Below are positions 12,100 through 23,884 of a stretch of DNA of 64,000 nt, piece after piece. Every line of letters begins with the position of its first letter. The stretch's first letter is position 1. This DNA comes from Squalus acanthias (lineage: Eukaryota): positions 178,748,001 to 178,812,000 of the forward strand of contig CM059425.1 in assembly GCA_030390025.1 (NCBI GenBank). The letters are read 5' to 3'. A program made the position numbers and the translations under genes. Below the pieces are notes generated by a model that saw nothing but the letters and a program-made list of their open reading frames with translations, had not been told where the DNA came from and did not search any database.

Positions 12100-15000
12100 C
12101 GGCGCTTGGATGAGTTCCATCACGACCAAGAGACTTTTGGAGCGTATGTGGAGTGGCTAGAAATGTTTTTCACTGCGAATAGTATCGTCGAAGTCCCTGA
12201 TGATGAAAACCGTAACCGGACGGTTTTAGAAATGAAACGGGCTATTTTTTGACTGAAGCAGGCCCCGAGGTGTATGAAACCCTGAAAAATGTGTTTGTTC
12301 CCACCAAGCCGAAGGACACACCACTGAAGGAGATCCTACATTTCACATTACAACAGTGACTACACTCCAAAAAAGTACTTCATTGGCTGTAAAGCGCTTT
12401 GAGACGTCCGGTGGTCGTGAAAGGCGCTATATAAATGCAAGTCTTTCTTTCTTTCTAACCAAATTAGAACAGCACTACAGTCCTGAGCCCCTGGAAATTG
12501 CTGTAAGTTATCGTTTTGGAACACCCGATCAATTAAATGACGAGGGTATCAGTGAGTACATGGTAACTTTTAAAAAGCTAGCCATTCACTGTCATTTCAG
12601 GAACTTTGAGGACCGAGCTTTGCGTGACCGCTTTGTTTGTGGGTTAAAAAATGAACGTATCAGAAGTAAATTGTTGACAACCCCTAACTTGACTTTAGAC
12701 TTAGCTTGTCAGACATCTATGTCGATGGATATGGCCGACCGATACTCCTGAGAGTTCCGCGCCATTTCCAGTTGTCAGACAACCGAGGTGAATCGGCTGC
12801 AGGCTAAAAATAAAAGGCAGTTGGGATCCAAGGCCTCAGCAACTGGCCAAGGTAACAGTGCATTGAAGTCATGCTATCGGTGCTTAGGACAACACATCGC
12901 TCAAAGCTGTCCATATGTGAAGGCAGAGTGTTTCTACTGCAAGAAAACTGGGCATCTTGCGAAGATGTGCCGACAGAAGAGTAAACCGACTGGCAATGCT
13001 AGAAGTAGAAATCGTCAGACACTACATACCGTTGAAGAGAAGCAGCAGGACGAGGAGTTTCTGGAGACTCACGTCATCAGGAGCACGAAGGTATCTAACA
13101 GCGATTCGTGAGGTATCGCCATCCAAATAGATGTCGCAGGAACCAGGATACCCATGGAAATCGACACTGGTGCATCGTGAGCGTAGTACCGGAATCACTA
13201 TATCGCGACAAGTTGCATGATTATCGACGAGAGAAATCGAAGGTAGAGCTGCGAGGCTACTCAGGAGAGCAAATCCCTGTAGTAGAAAGTGTCACCATAC
13301 CAGTGAAATACAAGGATCAATGTCAGAGCTTGCCTCTCATAGTAGTGGCAGGAGACAAGCCTGGCTTGATAGGTAGAAATTGGTTGGGATCACTGAAGCT
13401 GGATTGGAATAAGATTTTTCGTGTGGAAGCGAAATTTGCATCGAAATATGATGTCATCAAGCAGTATCCGAAGGTGTTCAGTGAAACAGGCAGTCCGATT
13501 CAAGACTTCAAGGCGAGTGTCAGAGTGCAGAAGGATTCAAGACCAGTTTACTGCAAGCCACGTCCTGTACCATACGCACTCAAGGAGAAAGTTGAGCAAG
13601 AACTCAAAAGACTAGAAACTGAGAACATTATCTCTAAGGTAGATCTGAGTAATTGGGCTACACCCATTGTTGTTGTACCTAAGTCAGATGGTAAGGTAAG
13701 GTTGTGTGGTGATTATAAGGTAACCATAAACCAGGTTCTAGAGTGTAATCTACCCAATACGTTGCCAAATGTGGAAGATTTGTTCACAACGCTGACAGGT
13801 GGCCAGATCTTTTTGAAGTTAGATCTAACAAACCTACAACTTGAGTTCGATGAAAAGTCCAAGTCATGCTTGACTGTAAATACTCACCGAGGCCAAAATC
13901 AGTTTAATAGGCTACCATTTGGAGTGTCTTCTGCCCCCGACATATTCCAGGGGGTGATGAACCAAATTTTTTAAGGGATTGAAGGGGTAGTGTATTATTT
14001 GGATGACATAATCATTTCAGCACCAAACAGGCAAATCCATGATGAGGTGTTGAATGAAGTACTCAAACAGCTAGAGAAGCACAGAGTACAAGTGACAGCT
14101 CACAAGTGTGAGTTGTTTCAAAACTCAGTGGAGTTCTTAGGGCACAGAGTAAACAAAGATGGTTTACATCCAACCAAGGGAAAGCTGGATGCAATCAGAA
14201 ATGCACCCACTCACAAGAATCTTTCTGAACTTCGATCATTTTTGGGTCTTTTGAATTATTACAGAAAGTTCCTCCCAAACTTGGCTACATTGTTACATCC
14301 ACTGAATGAGATGCTGAGAAAACAGGTCCCTTGGCAGTGGTCAAAAGAATGCGACACAGCATTCAAAGAGTGTAAAAGCCAGTTAGTAGAGAGTACCATG
14401 TTAGTTCGCTATGATGTATCTATGGAGATCAAACTAGCGTGTGATGCCTCTCCGTACGGAGTTGGGGCAGTGATCTCTCATGTACTTGATAGTGGGGAGG
14501 AGAGACCAATTGCTTTTGCTTCACGCACTTTCAGTGCCAGTGAGCAGAATTATGCACAGATCGAAAGGGAAGCTTTGTCATTGATTTTTGGGGTCAAGAA
14601 GTTTCACAAATACTTGTTTGGTCGTAAGTTTACCATAGTTACTGACCATAAGCCCCTGACAACAATCCTCCTTCCAAAGTCCCCAGTTCCAACCTTAGCT
14701 GCAGCCTGAATTCAGAGATGGGCTTTGATTTTGTCAGCGTATACGTATGACATTGAGTACAGACGATCAACTGATCACAGTAATGTTAATGCTATGTCCA
14801 GGTTGCCATCCCCATCACAAGTTACACCAAATAAGGAAGAAGTGTTCTATTTCTCATACATTGATGAGCTGCCAGTCACAGCTGAAGAGATTGGTGAGGC
14901 AACCAAATGTGACCCAATTATGCCAGAGGTGTATGATTACATAGCAAATGGATGGCCAAACCAGGTATCAGAGGAAGATATACATCCATACTTCGTTCGT

Positions 15001-16132
15001 AGGAATGAATTGTCAGTGGATAAAGATTGTATCATGAGGGGACCAAGAGTGGTTATCCCAAATAGGTTCAGGTCTAAATTGTTAGGAGATCTTCATGACC
15101 AGCACCTGAGAATGTGCTTGACCAAGAGCTTTGCACTCAGTTACTTATGGTGGCCAGGTTTACATAAAGAGATAGAGTACATAGTCAGTCAGTGTACAAC
15201 ATGTAAATCGGTGAGCAAGAAACCACCATCAGAACCATTACAGCCATGGAAATGGCCTCCCAGAGTGTGGCAAAGTTACGTGTAGATTTTGCTGAGCTAG
15301 AAATGCAACAATTGTTCTTAGTGATAGATAGTCACTCGAAGTGGGTAGAGGTGTTTCCGATGCGGATAATAACAACAAGCAAAACACTAGACAATTTGCG
15401 AAGACTGTTTTCTTCATACTGCCTCCCAGAAGAAATTGTGTCTGATAATGGGCTGCAATTTTGTTCAGAAGAGTTCACACAGTTCATGAGCAGAAACGAT
15501 GTGAAACATACCAAAGTTCCACCGTATCACCCTGCTTCAAATGGTGCAGCAGAGCGCACAGTACAAATTGTCAAACATTCAAGCAAATGTGGATCCAAAT
15601 CCAAAGAAATGTCAGTTGTCGTTGGACCACAAACTGGCAAATTTTCTGATTACCTATCGGAATACTCCTCATACCACTACTGGAGGAGAAGAGAGGAAGA
15701 ACTGATAGAAAACCAGCAGAGTTGTTTCTCAAATGGCAACCACGAATCAGGTTCTCATTGTTAAAGCCAAACTTGGCACAGTCCGTAGAAGAGAAACAAT
15801 CAAGTCAGTAAGAGAGTCATGATAAAGGTAGAGTTAGAGAGAGAAGTGTGAAGGTTAGAGTGAAGAACCATCACCATAATTGGTTAAAGTGGTTACCAGG
15901 AAGAGTAGTGAAGCTATGTGGCCCTCGCACATATTTGGTCAAGATGTTTGATCATGGAAAAGTTAGGTTTGTTCACATTGATCATATCTTACCTACAGAT
16001 GTGGAAGGAGTTGAAAGCTGGGATGATTCAATTTATTCTGATGAGTCAGAGAATCTTGTTATAAGTAGAGTACCAGTAGCAAATCCTACATCAGACGTAC
16101 CAGAAACAAATCCAAGACAAATCAGAATTTAA
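12100..16132 (+). pseudogene. Gypsy gag-pol, multiply frameshifted
   Basis: Gag ALRDRFVCGL and CCHC knuckle CFYCKKTGHLAKMC; protease IDTG; RT LPFGVSSAP/YLDD; RNase H ACDAS, IEREAL; integrase DSHSKWVE, SDNG, HPASNGAAER. Confidence 0.93.
12339..12455 (+). mobile_element. Deu-domain SINE 3' fragment inserted in gag
   Basis: AAGTACTTCATTGGCTGTAAAGCGC...AAAGGCGCTATATAAATGCAAG(TCTT)n, the same tail as 40743-41207. Confidence 0.85.
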
Positions 16133-16490
16133 GTCGGAGCTTGAGTCAGCCAGACAAACAGTCTGAAAGTGTAAAGAGTCCAAATGTAGATCAAGGTCAG
16201 CCCTTGGAGAAAAATTCTCCGTAGGCTCAGTCTAGAATGAGTCAAAGTCCTACAATATGATCTGAAGGTTCTGTTCAAGAAAGAAGGTATCCTCTTTGAA
16301 ACAGAAAACCAGTGGTTAAGTTTAATCTGTAAATATGGAAAATAAGTTCATATCTTTTGTTTGTGTTATAGAATTCTATAGTAGAATTTGGAAACATAAA
16401 ATGGGTTCCATTTGAGAAATGTATACCAAGAGTTGTGTATACCATACAAGTCATGTACAATGATTATTTGCTATGATTAACTTCTTCAAT

Positions 16491-16607
16491 AAGGAGGGAG
16501 AAGTGTAATAGAGCCAGCTGGTGGACTACTGATGTATATAATAATAAAGCCATATGCAGTACAGTTCTTACCGGAAGCCATGTTGTGCTGTGTCTCAAGA
16601 TATCACA
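16491..16607 (+). repeat. Polypurine tract (16491-16503) and Gypsy 3' LTR (16504-16607, 104 bp)
   Basis: AAGGAGGGAGAAG then TGTAATAGAGCC...GATATCACA. Confidence 0.92.
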
Positions 16608-16977
16608 CCCACCAAAATGGTGGAGACCTGGATGCCAGTGGGAGTAGGGCAATGAGTGCTGCACTGCCAATTTCATCCCGCTATCGCCCTGTTCCCACTC
16701 AACACAAACCTTAACAGTATCTTAAGTTTATTACATGGACTACTCCCACATAGCATCTGCATTGCATCATTTAATGTGCACGAAAAGGCTATGCTACAAC
16801 ACAATTCTGATTTGTTGGTTGAGCAACTTTTTAAAGATCATAAAATTATATAAGCATTTTTTGTATGAGTGAATGGTTATAATTCAACATCTGGAGTTTT
16901 GCTGACGTTATGACATTAAAACCTTTCCAAATTGCAGCTCCTTCTAAATTACCCATTATTCTCACTTACACAAACAA

Positions 16978-18316
16978 GGGGGTGGAATCTAACCCCAAAA
17001 AACAGGTGGGTTGGGGTTGAGTGGGAGTTTAACAAGTTCAAATACTGAATCCCGACCCAACCCGCCTCCAACCCGCTCACTTCCGGTTTTAACGGAGGCG
17101 GGATGGGAGGTTTTGTGGCGGGGGGCGGGCAGCTGACCCGTTCCCAGGAAGTGGGTCACTCATTTAAATATTATAATGAGGCTCCATGCCTCATGGTGAT
17201 CCACCATTTTAAATTTGACTGTGGGCGGATGGATTTCCTGGGCCTCAGGGAATGCGCCAGCTAAAGGAAGGCAAGGACTGCAGGATCCAGGAGGTAAGTA
17301 CCTTTCCACTTTCCTGCTGGATTCAGTGTTCCTGCCTCGCCAAGCCCCTGCAATCGGACACCCCTGACACTTCCGATCTCCCCCTGACCTCCCTCCACGA
17401 GGCCTCCGAACCTCCTACACGAGGCCTCCGATCTCTGATCTGCCCTCTGGCCTTTGATCCTCGCCCCCAGCCTCCAACCCCCATGCCCCCTCCAGCCTCC
17501 AATCTATCTCTGGCCTTCCGCCCTCCCTCCTCCAGCCCCTGATCTCCCTCTGGCCTTCTGACCTCCTCACTCTGGCCCCCAATCGCCTTCCCGGCCTTCC
17601 GTCCTCCCACCTCTAGCTCGATCACCTTCCCAGCTCTTCCGACCACCCCCGTACGGCCCTGATCCCACTCCAACATTCCCCCCTCCCCCACAGCCCCGAT
17701 CTCCCTCCGGCCTCTCCCCTCCGGCACTGATCCCCCTCCGGCCTGCACCCTCTGGCCACTATCTTCCTCCAGCTTCCCCCTTCCAGCCCCAATCCTCCTC
17801 TGGCCTTCCCCCTCCAACCCCCATCCTCCTCCGGCCTCCACCCTCTGGCCTGATCCTCCTCCAGCTTCCCCCCTCCTCTCTGTGGCCTGGTGCCGCAGGC
17901 CTACCCGCCCAACAGCCAGGCAGCCATTCCATCTGGCTGCGAGCGGGAAACAGAGTTTTGAAATGCTAATCAGGCCCTGCTGTTAAATTCGGCAGGACTG
18001 CTACTCTGGGCTCCACAAAGAAAGTTTAAGCCTCCCCTCTCTGGGCTCCTCCCTCCAGATCAGGCCTTCCCAAACTCCCTACCTGCCATTTACCTGAGTA
18101 CCAAGGTCCATTTCTTTGGTTGCCAGCAGTGATCTCCTGTGGCCTGATATTGTGCTCCCACCCGCCGGCCAACTGTCACTTCCCATCGGTTTCAGAACCT
18201 GACTGGGCCTATGGTAAGTTAAAATGACCCAGACCTCACGTTGCCAAGGTCGGGACAGTTTGTTTCCCGCCTTGGCTCCTGGCCGCCCAACTGTCTCTCT
18301 GAGTTAAAATTGGGGC
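16978..18316. mobile_element. Older Harbinger-like non-autonomous element with C-rich internal tandem repeats (about 17330-17880)
   Basis: Degenerate TIR GGGGGTGGAATCTAAC ... GTTAAAATTGGGGC; repeated CCCTC(C/T)GGCC/GATC units. Confidence 0.5.
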
Positions 18317-18380
18317 TTATGATTTTTGACACCTTGGGGGCTGTTTTCTCTGCTGTAGCGCCTGTAGTTTAGGAGCTAAA

Positions 18381-19274
18381 GGGGTAAAAATTCACTTGGT
18401 TGCGCCACCCGTTAGCGCCTTAAGAGGGCGCTAATGGGGCGCAAAGCCGCTAACGCCCGGGCGCAGCGATGTTTGCGCTGCTCGAGAACTTAACTTGAGA
18501 TTGTGCGGCGGCGCTAAAACTTACCGCTGCGACCACCTGCGCGCGCAGATTGTGACGTCATTCCATGGTGCAACGCCCTTGGGGCGCCCCGTAGCGGAAA
18601 TTGAGTGGCGCCCCCTGCCTTACCGCCTGGCGCTTCCAACGACCAGAAGACTGGAACGCTATCAATCGCTGTGGGGCTGGGGGGGGGCGCTATTTAAAGG
18701 GGGCCTCTTCCTGTCTTTTATTGTTGGTGGCATTTTTGAACTACGCATTCTGAGAGAGAGAGGGAGAGACTTCTGGAGAGATTCAACGTTGTGTGAAGGA
18801 GTTTTGGGTACTGAGCAGCACTTTGCAGGTTCATTTTGATTTGCCATTCCTTGTATCGATTTAGCAGAGACCGTGGGAGCTGCACTCTGAGCTCTTTGCC
18901 TGGTGCTCTCCATTGTTCTTTCCAGCACATTTGATGTGCAAGTCTCTCCAGGCCGAGATTCAAGGCAGCAATGAACAGGATGTGGATGGAAAGCAAGATT
19001 AACCATCCCCTTTAAGAACTGGCCTGTGCCATTGTGTGTGTGTTCCATTGCTGACTGACATTACATGAGCTTCGCCAGCGCTCTGAGTTAGCGCCTCACT
19101 GCTCGGCCTTTGCGCCTTAAGAGAGGTGTGCAGCGCCTGCTTTAGCGCTCCACTCACCTCCCGGGGCGGTAAAAGTGAAGTTTCCCGTCAGTGCCGATAA
19201 TTAGCGCCAGGCGCTAATATTTGCGTCCGGACGATATTTGCGCCCCAAATGGGGCGAGACCTAATTTCTACCCC
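18381..19274. mobile_element. Harbinger-type non-autonomous element, family B
   Basis: TIR GGGGTAAAAATT ... AATTTCTACCCC; TSD AAA; second copy at 54559-55452. Confidence 0.88.
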
Positions 19275-19792
19275 AAAGAGTCTCCAAGGTGGCCAAGGTG
19301 GGGTCTTGAGCTGCAGTGCCGGGTTAGCCCGTCTTTAGCGCAAGATGCCATCTTGGTAAAGGAGTTTAAGTGTGCACTAAGAACGGCCTAAGGATGAGTA
19401 AGCCTCTGATTTGCAATTAAATTGGCCCCTAACACTCATTAAAGAGGCTGCACACCATTTTGCTGGCTAGCGCTGCAATTAACGACCACTCCTAACAGCG
19501 ACCAGCTGAACAGGAATAAAGAAGTCGTTGGTGAGGACTGTGAGTGCTACTGAAAGCCATGCTCAGCTTTCACTGTTCACTTGCTGATTGAGATCAATTG
19601 ACTATACTGCGTTTGAAGAGGACTTTTGTTACACATTGGAAGACTTTCAGGGACACTTTGTCAAGACTTCACCAGTGCTTTATCAAGATTTTTTTGTGGA
19701 AATTCTCTGAGGTCTTCACCTAAAAAGAGTGAGTGCTGTGCTACTGTACCTTATTGTAGACTTTATAGGAGACATCAGGAGAAAGGGAGTGG

Positions 19793-20930
19793 TTGGTCAT
19801 GGGGATCTTGCTAGGGGCCCCTCTTGGCCTGGAGGAGGAATGGGAGGAGGAGATGAGGCCAGGCAGAGCAGCACCAGCTGCTGGAGGAGAGAGGGAGAGG
19901 AGGGCGAGTTGGGCTCTCAGCAGGAGGCCCTATCTACCCAGGGCCTTCAGAGAGCACTACTCCTACAATCACATGAGCCAAGACCAGTGCATGAGGAGGC
20001 TGCGCTTTACCAAGGAGACTGTCACAGAGATCTGTGGCTTTATGGAAGGAAGACTCAGACCTCGCAGCACAGCCAGGACTGCAGTGCCCGTGGCAGCCAA
20101 GGTCACAGCAGCACTTAGTTTTTATGTTACTGGAACCTTCCAACTGCCACAGGTGATATCAGTCATATATCACAATCCTCTGTGCTCTTCTGCATAAGGG
20201 AGGTCACTGAGGCTCTATCTGCTTTGAGGAATGATGATATATCATTCCCTATTGCCAGAGAAGACCAGAGGCAGAGAGCTCCAGGATTCGGTAGGATTGT
20301 GGGATTCCCCATGGTCCAGGGAACCATTGACTGTACACACGTGGCCATACGAGCCCCTCATTTAAACTCGGAGGTGTTCAGGAACAGGAAGGGAGTCCAT
20401 TCCTTCAATGTACAGCTTGTGTGCGACAACCGGCAGCAGATCATGCAGGTGAATGCCTGCTATTCAGAGACCAGCCACGATCTTTGAGCCCCAACGCAAT
20501 CTGCATGGCTGGCTACTAGGTGACAAGGGATACCCTCTGATGCCATGGCTCATGACTCCCCAGAGAAAACCCCAGACATCAGCTGAGCACTCATACAATG
20601 ACAGTCACTCTGCCACCAGGAATATCATTGAGCAGATCATTGGGGTCCTTAAGCAGAGGTTTAGATGCCTTGACCGGTCAGGAGATGCCCTGCAGTACTC
20701 AGCCGAAATTGTCTTCAGATTCATGCTGACTTGCTGCATGCTCTACAATCTGGCGATCATGAGACCAGCCGTTACCACCAGCAATTGTGCCTGCCAGAGG
20801 GTCAAGCTCAGGAGCCACAAAAGAGGAGGAGGATGAGGAAAAGGAGAAAAACGAGGAGGATCTTGGAGAGCATCAGCGGGTTCCAGGTAGATGGCTCGCA
20901 CCTGGGAGGGATGCTCGCCGCCATCTAATT
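19793..20930 (+). pseudogene. Harbinger DDE transposase (HARBI1-like family), frameshifted
   Basis: [68 protein letters not shown]. Confidence 0.9.
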
Positions 20931-20989
20931 GAAGACCACTTTTGAGAGATGTCCTCCACCATCAGACTTTGGATCACTGTTGCCACAGG

Positions 20990-22400
20990 CCTTACCTTCC
21001 AGAACTGAGGATTCATCAAGAAGTCCATCATTTGTACTCAATCCTTTCAACCCCTTCCTCATGAAGAACTTCAAAAAAAGACTACCCACACTGGAGAGGA
21101 TAGGATCCAGGTTCTGTGTCAAGCTACTGGCCAAGCTGGAGGCGGACTCCTCCATCCGCCTAGCCACAATCCGTAACCTTTCAGGTAGGCTGTCCATTGC
21201 ACCAAGCATTTGGTTTGCCAAACCCATCAGCCTTCTTCTGAATTTTGGCCCTGCGAGGTCCTCATCTGACTCCTCTGCAGCATAACTAGTATGCGACCTT
21301 GCCCACCGGCAAGGTGGCAACTGTGGTGTCCCTTCCACCTGGAGTGGCTGCTGCCCACTAATGCATGGTACGTCCCACTGTGTGGATCCCTCTTCTAACC
21401 TTGCCTCTAAGTTACGCTGGTTGCCGATCTCTGAGCTGGTGCCTGCGACAGAGGTAGTGATTGATGCAGCGCCCTCTTCCTCACTCTCCTCCTCCTCCTG
21501 CTCTTCCTCGGGGCGGGGGGGGGACGAAGTAGTTCTTCCTCCCCTTCCAGTTCCTCTGGGGTTGAGGTGGAGCTTGCAAAGATAAAAATAGAAGGGTTAA
21601 GGTGCAGCGCATGTGGCCACTATAGAAGGATGTGTGTGATGAGGCCATATGGAGCTTGTGGGTAAGGATAGATTTGGGAGATTAAGCATCAGGAATTGTT
21701 GTGGATATATAAGGAAGCTGGAGTGGCCACATACCTCGAGGTGATATGTCCCCTGCTCTGCCTGTGGTCACGGCATCTGCCACTCCCCTCCCGATAACCG
21801 CCAGCACTGCCTCTTCAAGGGGAGTGATGTCACGGAGTCGTGCTTCCCTTCCCCCTGTCAGGTTCTGTTGGCGGTATTATTTGCTATCTTGTCCTGGAAC
21901 AGAAAGAGTGTTGATTATGAATGAGTGCACTGGCAAGTGTGCTTGTGTGTGTGATGCCCCACGTAGTTGAAGAGCTGTGAGATGTTTTTGAGGTGTGGTT
22001 AGTGCCTGTGAAGGATGCAATAGTGCGGGTTGTGAATGTCAGTGTATAGTTAGATGGTGGATGCAATGTGTTGAGGTTGCGATGCTGGTGGTGGTGCAGT
22101 TACTGAGCAGTGTGTTTGTGAGATAGGATCTTACCTTGATCACTTGTGTCAAACCATTACACTTTTTTGCAGCACTGGAGTCATGTCCTGGAGGCAGTGC
22201 TCCTGGCTGTGACCTCCTCGGTGATCTCCTCCAAAATCCACCGCATTAGTTGCCTTTGTGGCCTCCTTTCCCCCCCTGCAGGTACAGGACATCCCTCCTC
22301 CGCTGTACCTCCCCCACCAGGACCTCCAGTGCAGCCTCGGAGAACCTGCGAGCCCTCTCCCTCAGTCCCTGAGCCATCCTGAGAAGTGCCATTGTCCTGC
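20990..22400 (-). pseudogene. Harbinger Myb/SANT-like DNA-binding protein gene, 3 exons, decayed
   Basis: RFSEAALEVLV...ITEEVTARS..RT*LQCCKK..LTQVIK; donors near 22131 and 21731; exon 2 QNLTGGGEA; acidic exon 3. Confidence 0.72.
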
Positions 22401-23671
22401 TCCTTCAGCTTCACTGTCAGCCAGCACACTCCACACCTTCAGTGGAAGTGCATGCGTGGAAGCTATAAATACCGCTCCAGGAAAATTGCTACTAATCACC
22501 GCTTGAGTGCTAAACCTGGAGGTCTCTGTTTTAGCACCTCCAGGCACGTTTAAATTATGGTATTCTGCAATTAGCCCCAAGATTGCGTACTAAATCCAGA
22601 CTTTTAAACAGGTGCGTTTTATTAGCACAGTACCCACTTAGTGCCTGTTTTCATCCTTTCCCCAAAATAACCCCCCTAATCTTGTGCAACAGTTATTCCT
22701 GTTTTATATTCAAATGCTGATAGTTGCACAAGTACAGTGATAGGAATTGTGAAATGAAGCCAGTTAATCCATTCAGACCAAAAAAAAGCCACCTTTCACA
22801 AAAAGGCAGCCGTAACCAGTCTTTAAGAAAATAAAGCTTCAGATAAGACAAGAATCAGGCATGTCCTAGTAGGTTCCTTTGAGGAAAATTAGAAAGGTTT
22901 TAAAAGCTGCATTTTAACCGTTTATTTGTTATATATAATTTCTTCCAGCAGAAACACGAAATAAACACACCTGTAACTGTGACTCTGAGAAACCAATAGC
23001 TCATTAAAATTTTTCCTGCCTGAAGTATCTACGCAACAACCAATGGGAGAAGGTAACATCTGATTATTTCCAATTCCACTCGCCACCCAAATGATCTGAT
23101 TGGTTGATGCTGACAACCTCCATTTCCAATGAAAAAAAGCCAATTTTTCTTGTGAAACGCTTACACGTTGAGGCACAGATTGAAACAATGACGAAAAGGC
23201 TGACGGTTGGCACGTATGTACCTTCGTGGCCATTATACATGTGCAGGCCTTGACAGTGAGTGTCACTAGGCTATTTGACAAATGGGAAATCACAGCCAAC
23301 TGAGCCAGGCCCAATCTTATCTTTACCTTCCTGGTCTTCATGGGATAGCTACTCAATGGCTGTGTTTGCTGAACCATGAAAGAGCCTTATAAATATTTTT
23401 TTTAAATGTTGGCATTTACATTTATGTTGTAGATCAAGCTTCAACTGCCAGAAGCTACTTATCACGATGATGAAAACTAATAGAGTGACAATAAAAATGC
23501 TGATATACAGGGGAATATGAAGTGGTCTGAACTGGACTAGAATCAAAACACGTTGGATTCTCAATCTGGTTTGAATCTCCTTCATAGTACTGTCAACTAT
23601 ATACTCCACAGGCTGATTAAGGTGAAAGTGTAACTGAACCATTTTGATTTTCAAGAAAACTATAATGATTA

Positions 23672-23884
23672 CTCCTGTGATAGCCTAATGGGTAAAGACA
23701 CTGCTTGGAAGGTCCAAGGATGGGGCCCTGGTCTATGCTAATTTAGTTGATCTCAGTTGGGCTCGCAGTTAGGGGCAACAACTGGCCTCAGCATTCCTGG
23801 GTTTGAAGGGGAAAAGTCAGGCAGTGTTCCCTCTCCTGATTGCGATGCAGTGCCTCTTGCTGAAAAGTATGTGGTAGAGCCTTG
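23672..23884 (+). mobile_element. Old tRNA-derived SINE (continues at about 27780-27815 after the Harbinger insertion)
   Basis: TAGCCTAATGGGTAAAG head; CTGGTCTATGCT...TTAGTTGATCTCAG body shared with 44195-44380 and 31870-32130. Confidence 0.55.

Larger units (their letters stand above)
9359..16607 (+). mobile_element. Full-length Ty3/Gypsy LTR retrotransposon (decayed) with nested insertions
   Basis: Two LTRs TG...CA; 5-bp TSD CCCAC (9354-9358, 16608-16612); PBS, PPT and gag-PR-RT-RH-IN order. Confidence 0.95.
18336..22676. mobile_element. PIF/Harbinger transposon, formerly autonomous (convergent transposase and Myb/SANT genes), decayed
   Basis: TIR GGGGGCTGTTTT ... AAAATAACCCCCC; both gene remnants inside; family B MITE nested near the left end. 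Confidence 0.82.

Noticed and set aside
19793..20930. Possible domesticated HARBI1/NAIF1 host genes
   Set aside because: Frameshifts and stops, flanking TIRs and multiple divergent copies indicate dead transposons
22681..22732. 10-bp inverted repeat CTTGTGCAAC/GTTGCACAAG
   Set aside because: Too short and isolated to interpret
22922..23654. Two minus-strand ORFs (151 and 101 aa) in AT-rich DNA
   Set aside because: No recognisable motif, partly overlapping a SINE-like remnant, no clear splice structure
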